Assembly (NCBI GenBank): GCA_951406725.2
Contig: OX597838.1
Coordinates: forward strand, 31,620,001 to 31,684,000
Reading direction: 5' to 3'
Length of the DNA stretch: 64,000 bases
Origin: Octopus vulgaris
Lineage: Eukaryota
The first letter of the stretch is position 1. Each line of letters opens with the position of its first letter. Shown here in pieces: positions 27,871 through 42,113 of the stretch. The translations under genes were made by a program, and so were the position numbers. The notes beneath the pieces are model-generated. The model had not been told where the DNA came from. It made no database searches and saw only the letters and a list, made by a program, of their open reading frames with translations.

Positions 27871-28376
27871 TCACTGATGGAGCGCTTTTGACTACCACCA
27901 CCACCACCACCACCACATTAGAAGAGTGCATGAAACCAGTTTACTAACTAATGAACTCGATACAGTGTCTACTATTATAATTTGACTGTGACTTCGAAGT
28001 ATTGCTCTGTGTGTGTGTGTGCCGGAGGTTTTAGAAACTAGGGGTCCGCAGGGCTGAGGTTGGGAAGGAGACAGAAGTGGTAAAATGTTACAAGATCGAA
28101 TCCTGTGAAAGGAAAAGTAGAGGAACACAGTCCCCTTGCCCCCCCCCCCATCCCACCCCTATACATAGGAACGGACTCAATCATTCCATAACAATTATCT
28201 CATCGCATTTTCTTCCTTTCTTCTCTTTTTTCCAATGCAGTCGTAATGGAGAGAATTATCTAATTTACATACTTACTACTCCGGATACAGTCACAGCAAA
28301 TGATTAATGTGTTGTGTTGAAAGGGGAGGGTTAATGATTTTATGCCGAGTGATAAAAGGTTAATAATTTAATATAA

Positions 28377-28765
28377 GCGCAAGTGTGGCTGTGTAGTAAA
28401 AAGTTTACTTTCCAACCACATGGTTCCGGGTTCAGTTCCACTGCGTGGCACCTTGGCCAAGTGTCTTCTGCTATAGCCTCGGGCCGACAAAAGCCTTAGG
28501 AGTGGATTTAGTAGGCGGAAACTGAAAGAAGCCCGTTGTATAAATGTGTGAGTGCGTGTGTTTGTCAGTGTTTGCTCCCTGCGACCGCTTGACAACCGAT
28601 ATTGGTCTGTTTACGTCCCCATAACTTAGCAATTCGGCACAAGAAATCAATGAAATAAGTAGCAGGATTGAAAACAAATGTCCTGGAGTTGATTCGTTCG
28701 ACTAAAAATTCTCCAAGGTGGTGTGCCCCAGCATGGCCGCTGTCTAATGAATGAAACAAGAGATT
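28377..28765 (+). mobile_element. SINE family A (older subfamily)
   Basis: Diverged full-length match. Confidence 0.85.
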
Positions 28766-30272
28766 AAAAACCAAAACAATAACAACAAAATAAATAACCC
28801 GGTGAAATTACTTGAAGAAACAAGCCCGTCGTTGGGAAATAATTAGAAGCGACTCTGGATACAGTCACATCCAATGGAATATGAGGATTTAGTGAGGACC
28901 GTAAGCGGAGCGAAAGTCAACAAAGCTGCAAACTGCTTCACTCTCGTGTTTCTGCTGGTTACAACTGTTGCTTCTCTCATCTCTTCTTCCCCTCATTCAT
29001 TCTACCCTCACCTCCTGCCTTGCTCAGCAGCCCCATTCCCCCCCCCCCCATCTCGACCCTCATTGTGCAAAACCTATCACACACACACACACTCGTGCGC
29101 ATAAATTTCTGGAATAGTCCACCCTGGACTGTATATTCCAATGCGTTCTTTTTAAAGACGGCGCGGTTTACAGGGAGAGATTGGTTGCTATTTCTAGCAT
29201 GTCGAGCGACCACAAAGAGGCTCTACCGTTGGGTCGTAGGTTTGCTATTCAATCAAAGACCTATAACATCCGTTTACTACCTACCAATGTGCCGCATCAG
29301 ACGTGTGTGCTTCGTATGGTCAGCAGGTGTGCCACGAGTTTTTAAAACCTTGTGTTTGTTTAACGCACCAACCACATTGGTGCATGTGTATTTTTCCCTG
29401 GTAAAGTGCAATGTGTCTTGCGTTTGTCCTATATTTTTAAAACAATGTTGATATTTGTTTTGCATATAAATAAAAACATTTTAAAATGCTGTTGGTGTTT
29501 CGTGACTGTTTTAGTATCTTCTGTACTTGTAACAATGGTTTGAAAAAAAAAAAAAAATGATAAAATGGATTAGAAATCGTTGATATGAAACACAAACACG
29601 CTCTTTCTTTATCGAGACACTCCGCGTTAAGCTAAAAGTGCTGTAAACCTGTTTCGAAAGAAAACAAGGGGACTTTTATGTAATCGCTCAGCTTGTCAGG
29701 TATAACAACAGCCACATTCTCCTTCAAAATCACACCCAACGTTGGGCTGGTCACAACCGAAACGTCTTTGATTATCGGTGTTTACGCAATCGGGCTCGGT
29801 TGAACAACATCGATCACACAATCGCGCACACACACACACCAACTTTCACATTTGGTCAATGGACTTCGTTCGCAAACAATGGTCTTACTCTCTCTCTTTC
29901 TCGCTCACTCACTCATCACTATTTCTGTCTTCTACGTGCTCGTCCATGGTTCATTTGACGATACTTTTGTTTCTCACATACACACACACACCTATAGTCA
30001 TTTTGACGATACCTTTGTCTCTCTCTCTCTCTGTCTCTCTCTCTCTCTGTCTCTCTCTCTCTCATGCACACATGTGGTACCATGTGCAGGTGCGGCAATT
30101 AATTTCGCCGGAGACATCCAAGGGTCACGACCCTGTTTAGTTGCATCAAGTTGCATATAACATCGTCTTTACCGTTGCACCACGATTTGAGAAAATCGGA
30201 AGAAGAGGTGAAACTGAACAATCACATCTTCAAACGAGGAACCGCCGCCGTTCTACGGACGAAGGGAGTGTT

Positions 30273-30350
<78 letters not shown>

Positions 30351-30377
30351 AGTTGGGTCTCGGATAAAATACCTTGT

Positions 30378-30523
30378 GGTCGACTTTACCTTTCATCCTT
30401 TCGGGGTCGATAAATTAAGTACCAGTTACGCACTGGGGTCGATGTAATCGACTTAATACCTATGTCTGTCCTTGTTTGTCCCCTCTGTGTTTAGCCCCTT
30501 GTGGGTAGTAAAGAAATAGGTAT
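30378..30523 (+). mobile_element. 5'-truncated SINE family B
   Basis: Core and tail match. Confidence 0.85.
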
Positions 30524-30899
30524 TTACTTGGACTAATGTTACTTGACAGGGTCAAGTCACACTGTCCGAGTTGAAATCCTACCAGATTGACTTAGCTTTC
30601 GCCATCTCGAGATCGATAAAATATGTCTACAAAAAAAAAACCCCCAAAAAACCCCTGTATGGATGCATACGTATATACAACCCAGACACGCACACACACC
30701 AACATCTATATGGGTACATTAAAATACGTGCCTTGATATATTAATGAGAAGATGATAGATAGATCTAATAAAAAGAGATCAGTTAAGTTAAGACTTCGTT
30801 TCATTAAGTGTCGCATCGCTGCTCGTATAAATAGATCAGTTGAATATCATTTTTATAAACTGATAGCTCTGCACCCTCCCCCCCCTTCTTTGCTTGGCA

Positions 30900-31340
30900 T
30901 TCTCTCTCTCTCCCTCTCCGTCTGACTCTCTCTCTTTTTCTTTCTCTCTCCACATCACTATCTCCCGCCTCTGTGACATTCTCTCTTTCTCTTTCTCTCT
31001 CGCCGTGACTCTATTCCCTCTCTCCGTGGTTTCTTTCTCTTTCTCTCTCCCCGTGGTTCTCTTTCTCTCTCTCCACATCACTATCTCCCGCCTCTGTGAC
31101 ATTCTATCTCTCTCTCTTTCTCTCTTCCCGTGGTTCTCTCTTTCTCTCTCCCCGTGGTTCTCTCTCTCTCTTTCTCTCTCCCCGTGGTTCTCTCTCTCTC
31201 TCTCTCTCTCTCTCCACATCACTATCTCCTGCCTCTGTGACATTCTATCTCTTTCTCTCTCGCCGTGACTTTATTCCCTCTCTCCGTGGTTCTTTCTTTC
31301 TCTCTCTCTCTCATCTCTCTCTCCCCGTGGTTCTCTCTCG
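30900..31340. repeat. Higher-order (CT)n-based minisatellite
   Basis: CCACATCACTATCTCCYGCCTCTGTGACATTCT three times and CCGTGGTT about seven times within CT runs. Confidence 0.85.
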
Positions 31341-31406
31341 TTTTGTTTTCTGGTACATTAGCACTTACAACAACTGGGCAGAGATCATACATTCGAGGTG
31401 AAAACT

Positions 31407-31440
<34 letters not shown>

Positions 31441-32153
31441 GTACAATTCTTACCATCTCACTATCTCCCTCACCCTTTCTCTCTAGGTTTTTATTATTTT
31501 TTTTTACAATCTCCCCCCTTCTCTCTCTCTCTTGTTCTTACGTTTTCGCCCTTTCTCTCTATATACAATTATTACGATTTCTTTCTCTCTCTCTCTCTCT
31601 ACACACACACATATATATATATATAAGTATATATGGATATATATTGTGTGAAATGTTTGGTAACAAATTGTTTTAAAGAGAGGAATCCTGTACTTCGTTC
31701 TTTTTCTCTCTTCCGGTTTTCTCTTTTTTTCTCTCTCTCTCTCACTTTCACTCTTTCTCTCTCTCTCTCTCTCTCTGTTCTATATCTTTTCTCTCTATCC
31801 CTTCTCTGCATTTTCTTCCTCTTTCGCTCTCCTATACTCTCTCTCTCTCTCTCTCTCATGTAGTTCTTTTGTTGTCTCTCCATCTTTTTCCGTAGTTTCC
31901 TCCATTTCCCTCCTTTTCTTCTCGCTTTCTGTCTCTCCCCTCCCCTCCGTTTGTCCCTCTCTACCTCTCTACCTCCCTCCCGTACTCCCTTTATATCTCT
32001 CTCTCTCTCTTCCCTAATTCCTTGCCCTCGCCACATCAAATCCCATTTACCTCCCCGATTCGTTCACTCGTCATTTTTCTCGTCTTCCCATCTTTATGAA
32101 TGTGAAAGTTTGCTCTTTTCTCTGAATGTAAAAGAAATAGGCTTTAGTAGTAA

Positions 32154-32191
<38 letters not shown>

Positions 32192-35100
32192 AACTAACAT
32201 ATTGTTGTTTATCCCCCAGTTCAGCCCTGGTAAAGTAAACCTGTGGTCAAAAGTATTCAAGCAACAACCATCTCGTTTAAAGATAGCAGGGTATCATTTG
32301 AAGGAGATTTGACTGCTATATCTAGCAAATCGAGCAACCATGTCGACTCCCTTGTTGGCTCATTCATATACTGCATGTTAACCCCAGATCAACCCTGACA
32401 TTCCGCGCACGTCGATGATCAAAGACGTTCCCGCCATGACGACCATGTTTATTTATTAAGGATGTGCCGGACCGTTTTATCCCAAATTCGTTTTTTTTTT
32501 TCTGTATTTAAAACGATAAGAGTGTGTGAGTTGATATAAGTGGACAATAGGCTGTTACTTCTAACAGATCGAGTAACTGCCGAGAAGGGTTCCCCGTGGT
32601 TCGTGTGGTTCCCCGTGGTTCTGGTGTGGGCTCCCCTTCGTTTCGTCTGCAAGGGCGGGCGATGCGGTGGTTTGACGAAAGGGGGCGGGGGTCAGACGAG
32701 AATGAAGTATTTTTTACAAAGCGAAAGCGAATCTGGTGCAAATTTGCTGATCATTAATTAAATGATGGTGACGATGGCGGTGAAGTGTAATACCTGGATA
32801 TCCCCCCTCATCAAATTGATGTACTGCTACTTGAAACTACGGACTGCTGCTTCTCTCACTCGCACCATCACACCCTCTCTTATCAATTCTACTACCATTA
32901 TACCAATTTCCATCACACCCACCACTCCCATACACATCTCTCTTTCCTTCCATCTTCTCCCCCCTCCCCTTACACTTGATTCCGCTCAACATTACTGGAC
33001 GACGAGAACAACAACAACATCAATAACAACGGACAAGCTGTTGTCATATAGCTCCAGGTCAACCCCGATCAAGTTGATCATAGGTCACTATGATCAAAGG
33101 TGTTCTACCCGTGACCATCTCGTCCTGATTTTTTTCTTTTTCTTTTTTTTTTTTGGAAATAATATATCTAGGATTATTTATTCGGTGTGTTCTTTATTTT
33201 TTAATTATGTGTGTTTTGAGGGATATCTGGCTGCTATTTTTAGTAAATAAAGTGATCACCCATCATTGGTTCTCCGTGCATGCTGTTGTTTATTTTGGGT
33301 GCAAAAGGATTTTCTGTCGATATCAATGTTCCATAGTTTTAGGGTTCCGATCCGATTCGACTTCCTTTTCAAATCCTGTCGCTTCGTTTATTTCCAGTTG
33401 TCCATCTGGAAAAGAAATCGATTCCGATCAAATCATTAATAATTAACCTTCCATTTTACAATCATTGAAGAAGTTTCTGTATACGTAAAAAAAAAAAAAA
33501 AAATTAAGATTCCCCCCCCCCCCATTTTTAATTGGAAAAAAACCCCAAACAAATAAATAAAACAAAACAAAAAAAAACGAAAACAAACCCTATTTAATTC
33601 GAAATCTTTTCCTCAGAATTCACGGCGTGATTAGGTCCCACCCTAACCTCTCTCTTCAAAAATAAATAGCCCCCCCCCGCCCTTCTTTACTTCCTTCTTG
33701 TCATTCATATATCTCCTCTCTCTCTCTCTCTATCTATCTATCTCCACCGCCGACCCCCCTCCGTCTCCACTCTCTTTAATCGACGCCATTCTATATGTAC
33801 CTACCTAACCAGTCTTCATCGTTAATACCAAAACCGCTTAAACGTCTCCAAAAGTGACCTCAGCAAATCAATCAGCCAGTATGGTACATAAAACTACAAT
33901 ACACGGAACCAGCACGCACGCCTCACTCACAAACACACACACACACACACTAAGTCGACCGTTTATTTACGGCACAACCTCACCACACATCACACATTCA
34001 ACCTTATCTTCCACTCATTCGCTCGTTTTCTTCTCTCCTCTGTCTTTCAGTCACACACGAACACACACACACACACATCCGTAAAAATCTAGTATCTTGT
34101 TCCGATGTAAGAAATATTGTGAGGTGGGGGTATCATACTGCGTATGATCTGTATAGGTGTTCCGCTATTGTTTATAGATACAACTATGCTATATAATATG
34201 TTTGTGTCGACATGTTTCACACGTAATACGCACATTTGTATATATATGCAATAATTATATATTTACACAATATGTTTAGAATGTAAGTAGCGACTGCTAT
34301 TGAGTGCTAAAGAAGCAATTGGTTGGTGTGCGTGTATGTATATATATATGTATATATATGCTTAGATGTATATATAACTATATATGTATGTATATAGCTG
34401 CGACCAGATTTATTTATCGACATCATGTTATCTCATATTTATACACTCCGGCATTTCCTCTGTAGCTTCACTTCACTTCATTTCATTCAGTCGTAGTGGC
34501 CTCTTACTTCCTTCATATTTTCCTCTTCCTTCTCTTTCCCCCCACCACTCCCACCACTCGTACAACCTCTATTTCCTCCTCATCCTCCTCCTTTCACACA
34601 ATCTCTCTTTCTCTGTCCCTCTCTCTCGCTTTATGCCAAATCAACTTCCCACCTTTCCACTTGTATCCCTTCAAATGTATTGCACACACACACACACAAA
34701 CATGCGTGTTTTGAGTAATTTCTTTTTATATTTAAATAAAAGGTTGTGACATGTGGCTTCTCCGAGGGCAGCAAGCAACATGGAAAATATGTCCAAAATT
34801 TCTCAGTACACTCACACACACATATATATATATATACAGAGAGATAGAGAAAGCATATATATATATATATAGTTCGTGAACACATGTCTCGTGTATGAGG
34901 ACTTGCCGAGGAAATACGTTTAGTGTGACAAGGGAAGTAAATAGCAGCCTTTACTGGCGGGAGTCAAGTTACCTCCCTTTATACATTTGACGTTTTCCGT
35001 TAGCTTAGCATGTATACACACACACACTGTCTGTTATTCTCGTTAAGTGCAGCTATTTAGGAATTAGTGTGTCGTAGTCATCATCCGCAGAGTTTTTAAG

Positions 35101-37160
35101 CCTTGGACAGGAGGGTGTAACTGAAACCCTTCTCTTCTACTTTTCACCTTCTACCCATCACCACCACCACCACCACCACAGAACTAGCCCCCCTCCTCCC
35201 TCTCTCTCATCCATTTGTAGTTTTTTTTTTTGTTTTTTGTTTTTTTTTGCATGGCTCAGTTCTAACAATTTGCTTGGTAAGTAGGTACGTTAGTGTGAAG
35301 GTTGTGTTGGTGGTGGTGGTGGTGGTGGGGGGGGAGACGATAGTCGTTAGTGAGTAAAGTAGCTGCGAAAAGATGTGGTGTTGGTGGTGGTGGTCGTGGT
35401 GGTATTGGTGGTGAGTGTTAATGAGGATGGGAAGTAACAGGCCGTCACTCGCTGTTGGAATGGTTTACAATCTCTCTCTGTGTCTTTATTTCCCTTTTCT
35501 TTTTCTCTTTGGTGAAGAAACAACAACCATAGGGGAGAGAGTGAGGGAGAGGTGGTGGGGTGCAGGTGTGGCCTACATGTTCTCCACATGTTCCAAAGAT
35601 TCATCATATCACCTCCTGTCCTCCACCTCCATTTACCATCTCTTTTCCTTTTCCTCTTTAAAAAAACAAAAAAAAACTGTTCTTCTCTGTCTCACCCACA
35701 TCTCTTTCTTGTTTTACCCACCTTGTTCTCCCTCTCCATCCTCTTCTTTCCCTCTCACTAAAGATGCCTCACTCCATCTCATTTCTTCTTTTACCCGCCC
35801 CCCACACTTCCCGGTCTTTCTTTGTTTCTCTTCCTCTTTTATGCCCTTTTAATCTCACCTCTCTTGTTTCTATTTTCCTCTCCCCCCACCCTTTATGTCT
35901 CCTTTCCCTTCTTCTCCCTTCACCATTCTCCCTTGTCTCTCTCTCCAATCCTTTCCTCTTTCTATCTCTCAGTGACAGTATCTCTTCGCTATCTATATTC
36001 TGTCTTACATCAATTGATGGAGGTACAAATACTATAACACCAACTACAAAATACTGCCATGCAATATGCTTTTCATTCTATCACCCATTACTCTCCATCT
36101 CTCTTTGCTCTTCTCCATTCCGTCTCTTCCTCTCCTTTTCCACCTCCCCCCCTTTCTCTCTTCCCTTCTCTCTCTCCCTCCCAGTGTCACGTACTTTACT
36201 CATTGTGTAACACACCCCTCTCACACTTTTTCTCTATATTCTTATGCCACTCATGATCTCTCTCATCACTCTTCCTTATACTTTCTCTCTTACACAAACC
36301 CACTCCGTCACATCCCACCTCATTCTAATTTTATCATCATGGTCACTTCTAATTGAAGCTGCTCCGAAATCATCAGTTGATTACCACTTTTGAAAAAGAC
36401 GTGCAACTATCAACATCACACAATTTTCCCTCTCACGTGTGTCTCTCTCTCTCTCTCTTATGCACACACACTAATACACACATGCATATACACACACCTC
36501 TGAACATCCACTTCTGTGCTAGCACGGTTCAGGCGGCATTTTTGGGGGGCAAAGTTTTTCTTTGTTTTTATGGCTAGATACCCATCCCGCCCTCACATGT
36601 CAGCTCCTATTTCCTCTCGATTGCAATAAGCCAACAAATTCAACAGCCAGACCTGTTTTCATGGTAGATGTAAACAAAGACATCGTGTGTTGTTTACATA
36701 GTGCTCAGGCGGCCGGATATGTTTTAACGGTAGAATTAAACAATGACACCGTCTACATGGTTACAGTGTTTATGCAACGTGTAACCAATGTCAAGGTAGC
36801 AGGAAGACACACACACATCCCTCCTCACACTCGCATGCATAACATTCATAGATATACCCTGTCAACCAACATTGGGGTCAAGGCATTATTGAATCAGAGT
36901 CTATAGATAGTCAAGGTGTGATGGACTGCCAGAATTGTTGGCCTGTTGGACCAAAAGTCTCTTGCAGTGCTGCTTCTGGTCTTGAACCTTTCAAGTCCTG
37001 CTTAAATGGACATTACCTTTCATCATCCCAGGATACTTCATATAAGTACCAGTTGAGTACTGGTGTCCATATAATCACTTACGCCACTGACTGATCTGCT
37101 CTGATCGCTAAAATGTGAATCAATAGATTTTATTTATTTGCATTTCTGAATAAATAAATT

Positions 37161-37562
37161 GACGCAGGTGTGGCTGTGTGGTAAGAAGCTTTCTTCTCAA
37201 CCACATGGGTTCTGGGTTCAGTCCTACTGCGTAGCACCTTGGCAATTGTCTTTTACCATAGCCTTGGGCCGATCAAATCCTTGTGAGTGGATTTATACAC
37301 GGAAACTGAAAGAAGTCTGTCATGTATATATGTGTGTGTGTGTATATATTTATGTGTGTGTGCCTTTGTGTCTGTATTTGTCCCCCCACCATTGCTTGAC
37401 AACCAATGTTGGTGTGTTTATATTCCCGTAACTTAGCGGTTCAGCAAAAGAGACCGATAGAATAAGTACTTACAAAGAATAAGTTCTGGGGTTGATTTCT
37501 TTGAGTAAATGTGGTGCTCCAGCATGGCCACAGTCAAATGACTGAAACATGTAAAAGAGTAA
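37161..37562 (+). mobile_element. SINE family A
   Basis: Diverged full-length match. Confidence 0.85.
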
Positions 37563-37845
37563 ATAAATAGCAAAGATCAAAATATGTACCCCCCACCCCT
37601 TGCATCTAAACTATTTATTGATCGTTAATCATTGTCAGTAATTTCTTCCTACAAGATCTCAGTATTTACCTGCTTAAAGGGCAGTTGATTGGCAAAACCC
37701 TTTTCATGATTCTATTCCTCTGGCCTTTTATATTTTGAATTCAAATCCTGTCTGATTTGTCTTTCACCTGAATAGGTATTTTACTACCACAACCCTATTG
37801 GTCAAGTATTCTTCCCTTCCTCTCAAATTTCTGGTCTTGTACTTC

Positions 37846-38002
37846 AGGAGTGGCTGTGTGGTAAGTAGCTTGTTTACCAACCACATGGTTCCGGGTTCAG
37901 TCCCACTGCGTAGCACCTTGGCCAAGTGTCTTCTACTATAGCCTCGGGCCGACCAAAGCCTTGTGAGTGGATTTGGTAGACGGAAACTGAAAGAAGCCCG
38001 TC

Positions 38003-38051
<49 letters not shown>

Positions 38052-38260
38052 TGTATGTGTTTGTCCCCCTAGCATTGCTTGACAACCGATGCTGGTGTGT
38101 TTATGTCCCCGTTACTTAGCGGTTCGGCAAAAGAGACCGATAGAATAAGTACTGGGATTACAAAAGAATAAGTCCCGGGGTCGAGTTGCTCGATTAAAGG
38201 CGGTGCTCCAGCATGGCCGCAGTCAAATGACTGAAACAAGTAAAAGAGTAAAAAGAGAGA
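37846..38260 (+). mobile_element. SINE family A
   Basis: Young copy. Confidence 0.9.
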
Positions 38261-38740
38261 GTATATTAAGAATCACTATTGCTTGCTTAAAACTTCAACA
38301 AAATATCTTGAGTAGGCAGGAAGTTACTTGTTACATCTTCATTTATGAATTTTGGGTTTTTTTTTCATGTCATATTATAGGAAACCCCCTCTCTATGCCC
38401 AATCCCATCCACACACTGCCTCTCTTGTTACTCTCTGGTCATGGTATCTGCATTGTGTAACTTAAAGCCTATTTTAGTCTTCTTCTTCCTGTCAAGGAGA
38501 GGTGACGGAGTAACCTATATATGTGGTTGCTCAACCATGTAGACCCACACTACGTTGTTTTAAGAAAGGGAGGAGGTGCACATTGAATCAGATTATTCTG
38601 TCAAATGTAATGCTTATTTATTCGCATTGCTTTGAATTAATCGTGTATTATCTTGTGGTTTTCGTGTTTCAATGATATTAGTGTTTACTTTTAGAATAAC
38701 ATTGTAGGGTAGGTGTGAAAGGTGAGATCCGGCCGGTTTT

Positions 38741-38944
38741 CTTTTTTTTCTTCTATCTTTTATTTGTTTCAGTCATTTGACTGCAGCCATGCTGGAGCAG
38801 CACGCTTTAGTCAAGCGAATCGACCCCAGGACATATTCTTTGTAAGCCTAGGACTTATTCTATCGGTCTCTTTTGCCGATAACACACCAGCATCGGTTGT
38901 CAAGCGATGTTGAGGGGGGAACAAACACAGACACACAAACATAT

Positions 38945-38999
<55 letters not shown>

Positions 39000-39179
39000 T
39001 GTATATACATACATATATATGATGGGCTTCTTTCAGTTTCTGTCTACCAAATCCACTCACAAGGCTTTGGTCGGCCCGAGGCTATAGTAGAAGACACTTG
39101 CCCAAGGTGCCACACAGTGGGTCTGAACCTGGAACCATGTTCGTTAGCAAGCTACTTACCACACAGCCACTCCTGCGCC
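38741..39179 (-). mobile_element. SINE family A nested in a TTAA MITE (~38588-39242)
   Basis: Flanks join into the MITE family-1 sequence ending AAAGGGTTAA. Confidence 0.85.
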
Positions 39180-39596
39180 TTTGAATAATAAACAGGTAGA
39201 ATATCTAGGCCAGATATTACCAGTTGAAAGATAAAGGGTTAAATGATGCAGTCTTAAGTACTTTGTAGCTGGGGAAAATGACAAGACTGTCCCAATTAGA
39301 ACATTATATTTGATGGTAATTCTGCAAGATCAAGGTTGATCTGGGGTTAAACAATTTAGAATTAGAGCAAAGTAAGGGTCTGTGGTGCTAAAAAAAAACA
39401 GATTGTGTATTGCGAAGGGAAGGGAATTTTGATACTATGGTTAGGGCCTTCTTTTAAAGCTATTAGGTTTGATATATTTTGTTATGAACCAAATAAAAGA
39501 ATCCCTATGTGATTGTCTGAACTGCTAGAAATAATCATCAAATTCCTTCAAATCGCACCATATTGAAATAAAGCAGGACATTTGTAAAAAAAATAT

Positions 39597-39629
<33 letters not shown>

Positions 39630-39848
39630 TTAAAAGATGGGACACCTTCTTGATGGATTAGTCAGAGGAGAAAGAGCAGCATCAGTGACTGTTTTTGCAG
39701 GGTCCTGGAGACTGGAAGGATGAAAAGGTGGAAACATTTAGGACTCTCGGACTGTCCTCTGACTGGATACCTAGTCTGAATATCTGCAACCTAGTCAACT
39801 CTGCCAAAGGCACTCAAAGACTAGATGGCAATGTGGTCATAAGATATG

Positions 39849-40065
39849 TATTTCTTTACTACCCACAAGGGGCTAAATATAGAGGGGACAAACAAGGACA
39901 GACAAACGGATTAAGACGATTACATCGACCCTAGTACGCAACCCCGGAAAGATGAAAGGCAAAGTCGACCTCGGTGGAATTTGAACTCAGAACATAATGG
40001 CAGACGAAATACGGCTACGCATTTCGCCCGGCGTGCTAACGTTTCTGCCAGCTCGCCGCCTTGTT
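39849..40065 (-). mobile_element. SINE family B
   Basis: TSD GTCATAAGATATG on both sides. Confidence 0.9.
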
Positions 40066-40170
40066 GTCATAAGATATGGACAGGCAGTGGCTAGGAGAGA
40101 TGGTCATGGGGCTACCTATGGGTCATGCTAATCCATGTATGCCATTGCTTGCTGTCAGTAAATAAATATT

Positions 40171-40366
40171 GGTTTCAAATTTTGGCACAAGGCCAGCAAT
40201 TTCAGTGAAGGTAGGCTAGTTGATTACATTGACCTCAGTACTCAACTGGTACTTATTTTATTGACCCCAGAAGGATAAAAGGCAAAGTCGACCTCAGTGA
40301 GATTTGAACTCAGAACGTAAAGCTGGATGAAATGCTGATGAATATTTTACCTGCTTGCTGCCTTCA
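40171..40366 (-). mobile_element. SINE family B, older subfamily (GCCTTGTGCCAAAATTTGAAAC tail)
   Basis: TSD TCAGTAAATAAATATT; similar copies at ~52100-52316, ~54062-54285, ~56830-57035 and ~58882-59095. Confidence 0.85.
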
Positions 40367-40700
40367 TCAGTAAATAAATATTACAAGCCCCAGTGCATCA
40401 CTATGCCTGGAGGTGTTGTGTTAAGATGGCTCTGCCAGTTAGTAGTGTTGGGTTGTGCAATGGATTAAATCTACCACTTATCGTAAATTAGCTGCAATTG
40501 CAATGTAATTGCAGGATGTTGAGGCAGCTGCATGATGTGTCTCTATTCTTGCCACGAATATAGCCCGATTGTTTCTAGTTATGATGGGACAGCCACATGT
40601 TGCTGTATCAGTCAACTTGCTGTAAACTCCTAGCAGTATATCCCTTCCACAATATTATTATTAATGCTGTTGTTATTTTTGAAACGCCAGCATAGTTTAA

Positions 40701-40922
40701 CCGTTTCATTACCAACCCGGCCAAAACCGGCTCTGGCTCTGTAGTACAAATGTCTTGTTTTCTTAAGTTCTGAATTAAAATCTTCCACCAAACCTTAGTC
40801 ACAATTTATGTTCCTAACACTAACTTAACAATAACTAAGTTATTTTACTAAATTCTTTGTTATATTTAAAATTAATTGAAAGAAACACAGAGCATCTCAA
40901 CAGAAATACAGTAATGAAAGGG
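40701..40922. mobile_element. TTAA MITE family 2 (piggyBac-like)
   Basis: TTAA|CCGTTTCATTAC...GTAATGAAAGGG|TTAA; homolog at 46464-46684. Confidence 0.85.
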
Positions 40923-41134
40923 TTAACTCCATGCGCAATGATAAAATCTTCTGTTAAATGTTTTATGGGTGTTGTCAGTTACTTGTTCACACAGCCTAAG
41001 AAACACCATTTTCATTCATCAGCTCAACCAGTCATCACCTCAGACCAACCAACAAACCCCACGCACAACATAAACAGTTAATGGTTAAAAACAGGAAGAA
41101 CAATTTGAAAACTGATGTTTCTTCTGCTTTCTCT

Positions 41135-41537
41135 TTCTCTCTTTTACTTGTTTCAGTCATTTGACTGTGGCCATGCTGGAGCACCGCCTTTAGTCGAGCA
41201 ACTCGACCCCGGGACTTATTCTTTTTGTAAGCCCAGTACTTATTCTATCGGTCTCTTTTGCTGAACCGCTAAGTGACGGGGACATAAACACACCAGCATC
41301 GGTTGTCAAGCAATGCTAGGGGGACAGACACAGACACACAAACATACACGTACACATATATATATATACATATATACGATGGGCTTCTTTCAGTTTCCGT
41401 CTACCAAATCCACTCACAAGGCTTTGGTTGGCCCGAGGCTATAGTAGAAGACACTTGCCCAATGTGCCACGCAATGGGACTGAACCCGGAACCATGTGGT
41501 TGGTAAGCAAGCTACTTACCACACAGCCACTCCTGCA
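41135..41537 (-). mobile_element. SINE family A
   Basis: Reverse-complement full match. Confidence 0.9.
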
Positions 41538-42113
41538 CTTTGTTCTTTCCCCTTACATAACTTCCAACAATGTTCTTGTGGTATGCTGGTGATGTGACTA
41601 CTCTAAAGCATGGTGATGTAGTGACCTACCAAGATGATTTTTCTTAGCTCCACCTTGATTATTCTCAACCACTCTTGTACAATGTGAGAAGCCATGCGTT
41701 TCTTCTACAGCAAGAAACTTGTCCCGGCTCCGTCTTCAGTGTTTTAATATCTCATTACCTCGCATAAAGCTGCCTCTGTCTTTATTGTTGTCCCATTTCA
41801 AGCAAAAAAGATCCAAGTCTTGTGACCTCCCTAATGCTAAAAGCATCTAGTATCCTCTGAAGTGGCTGATATTAAGACAGGCATCCAGCCACAGAAACCA
41901 TACCAAAGCAGACTTTGCAGCACAACACAGTCCTGTCAAACCATCCACCCATGCCAGCATGGAAGACTGACATTGCAACATGGTGCCAATCTTTTAATCT
42001 CTAAATATATATTTTCTTTTGGTTGCTTCCTTATTCATTCTATAAATGCTTGATTATGACTTTATTACTATTACTTAATATTATTTATATCTTTCCTTTC
42101 ACATTCTTTCTAA

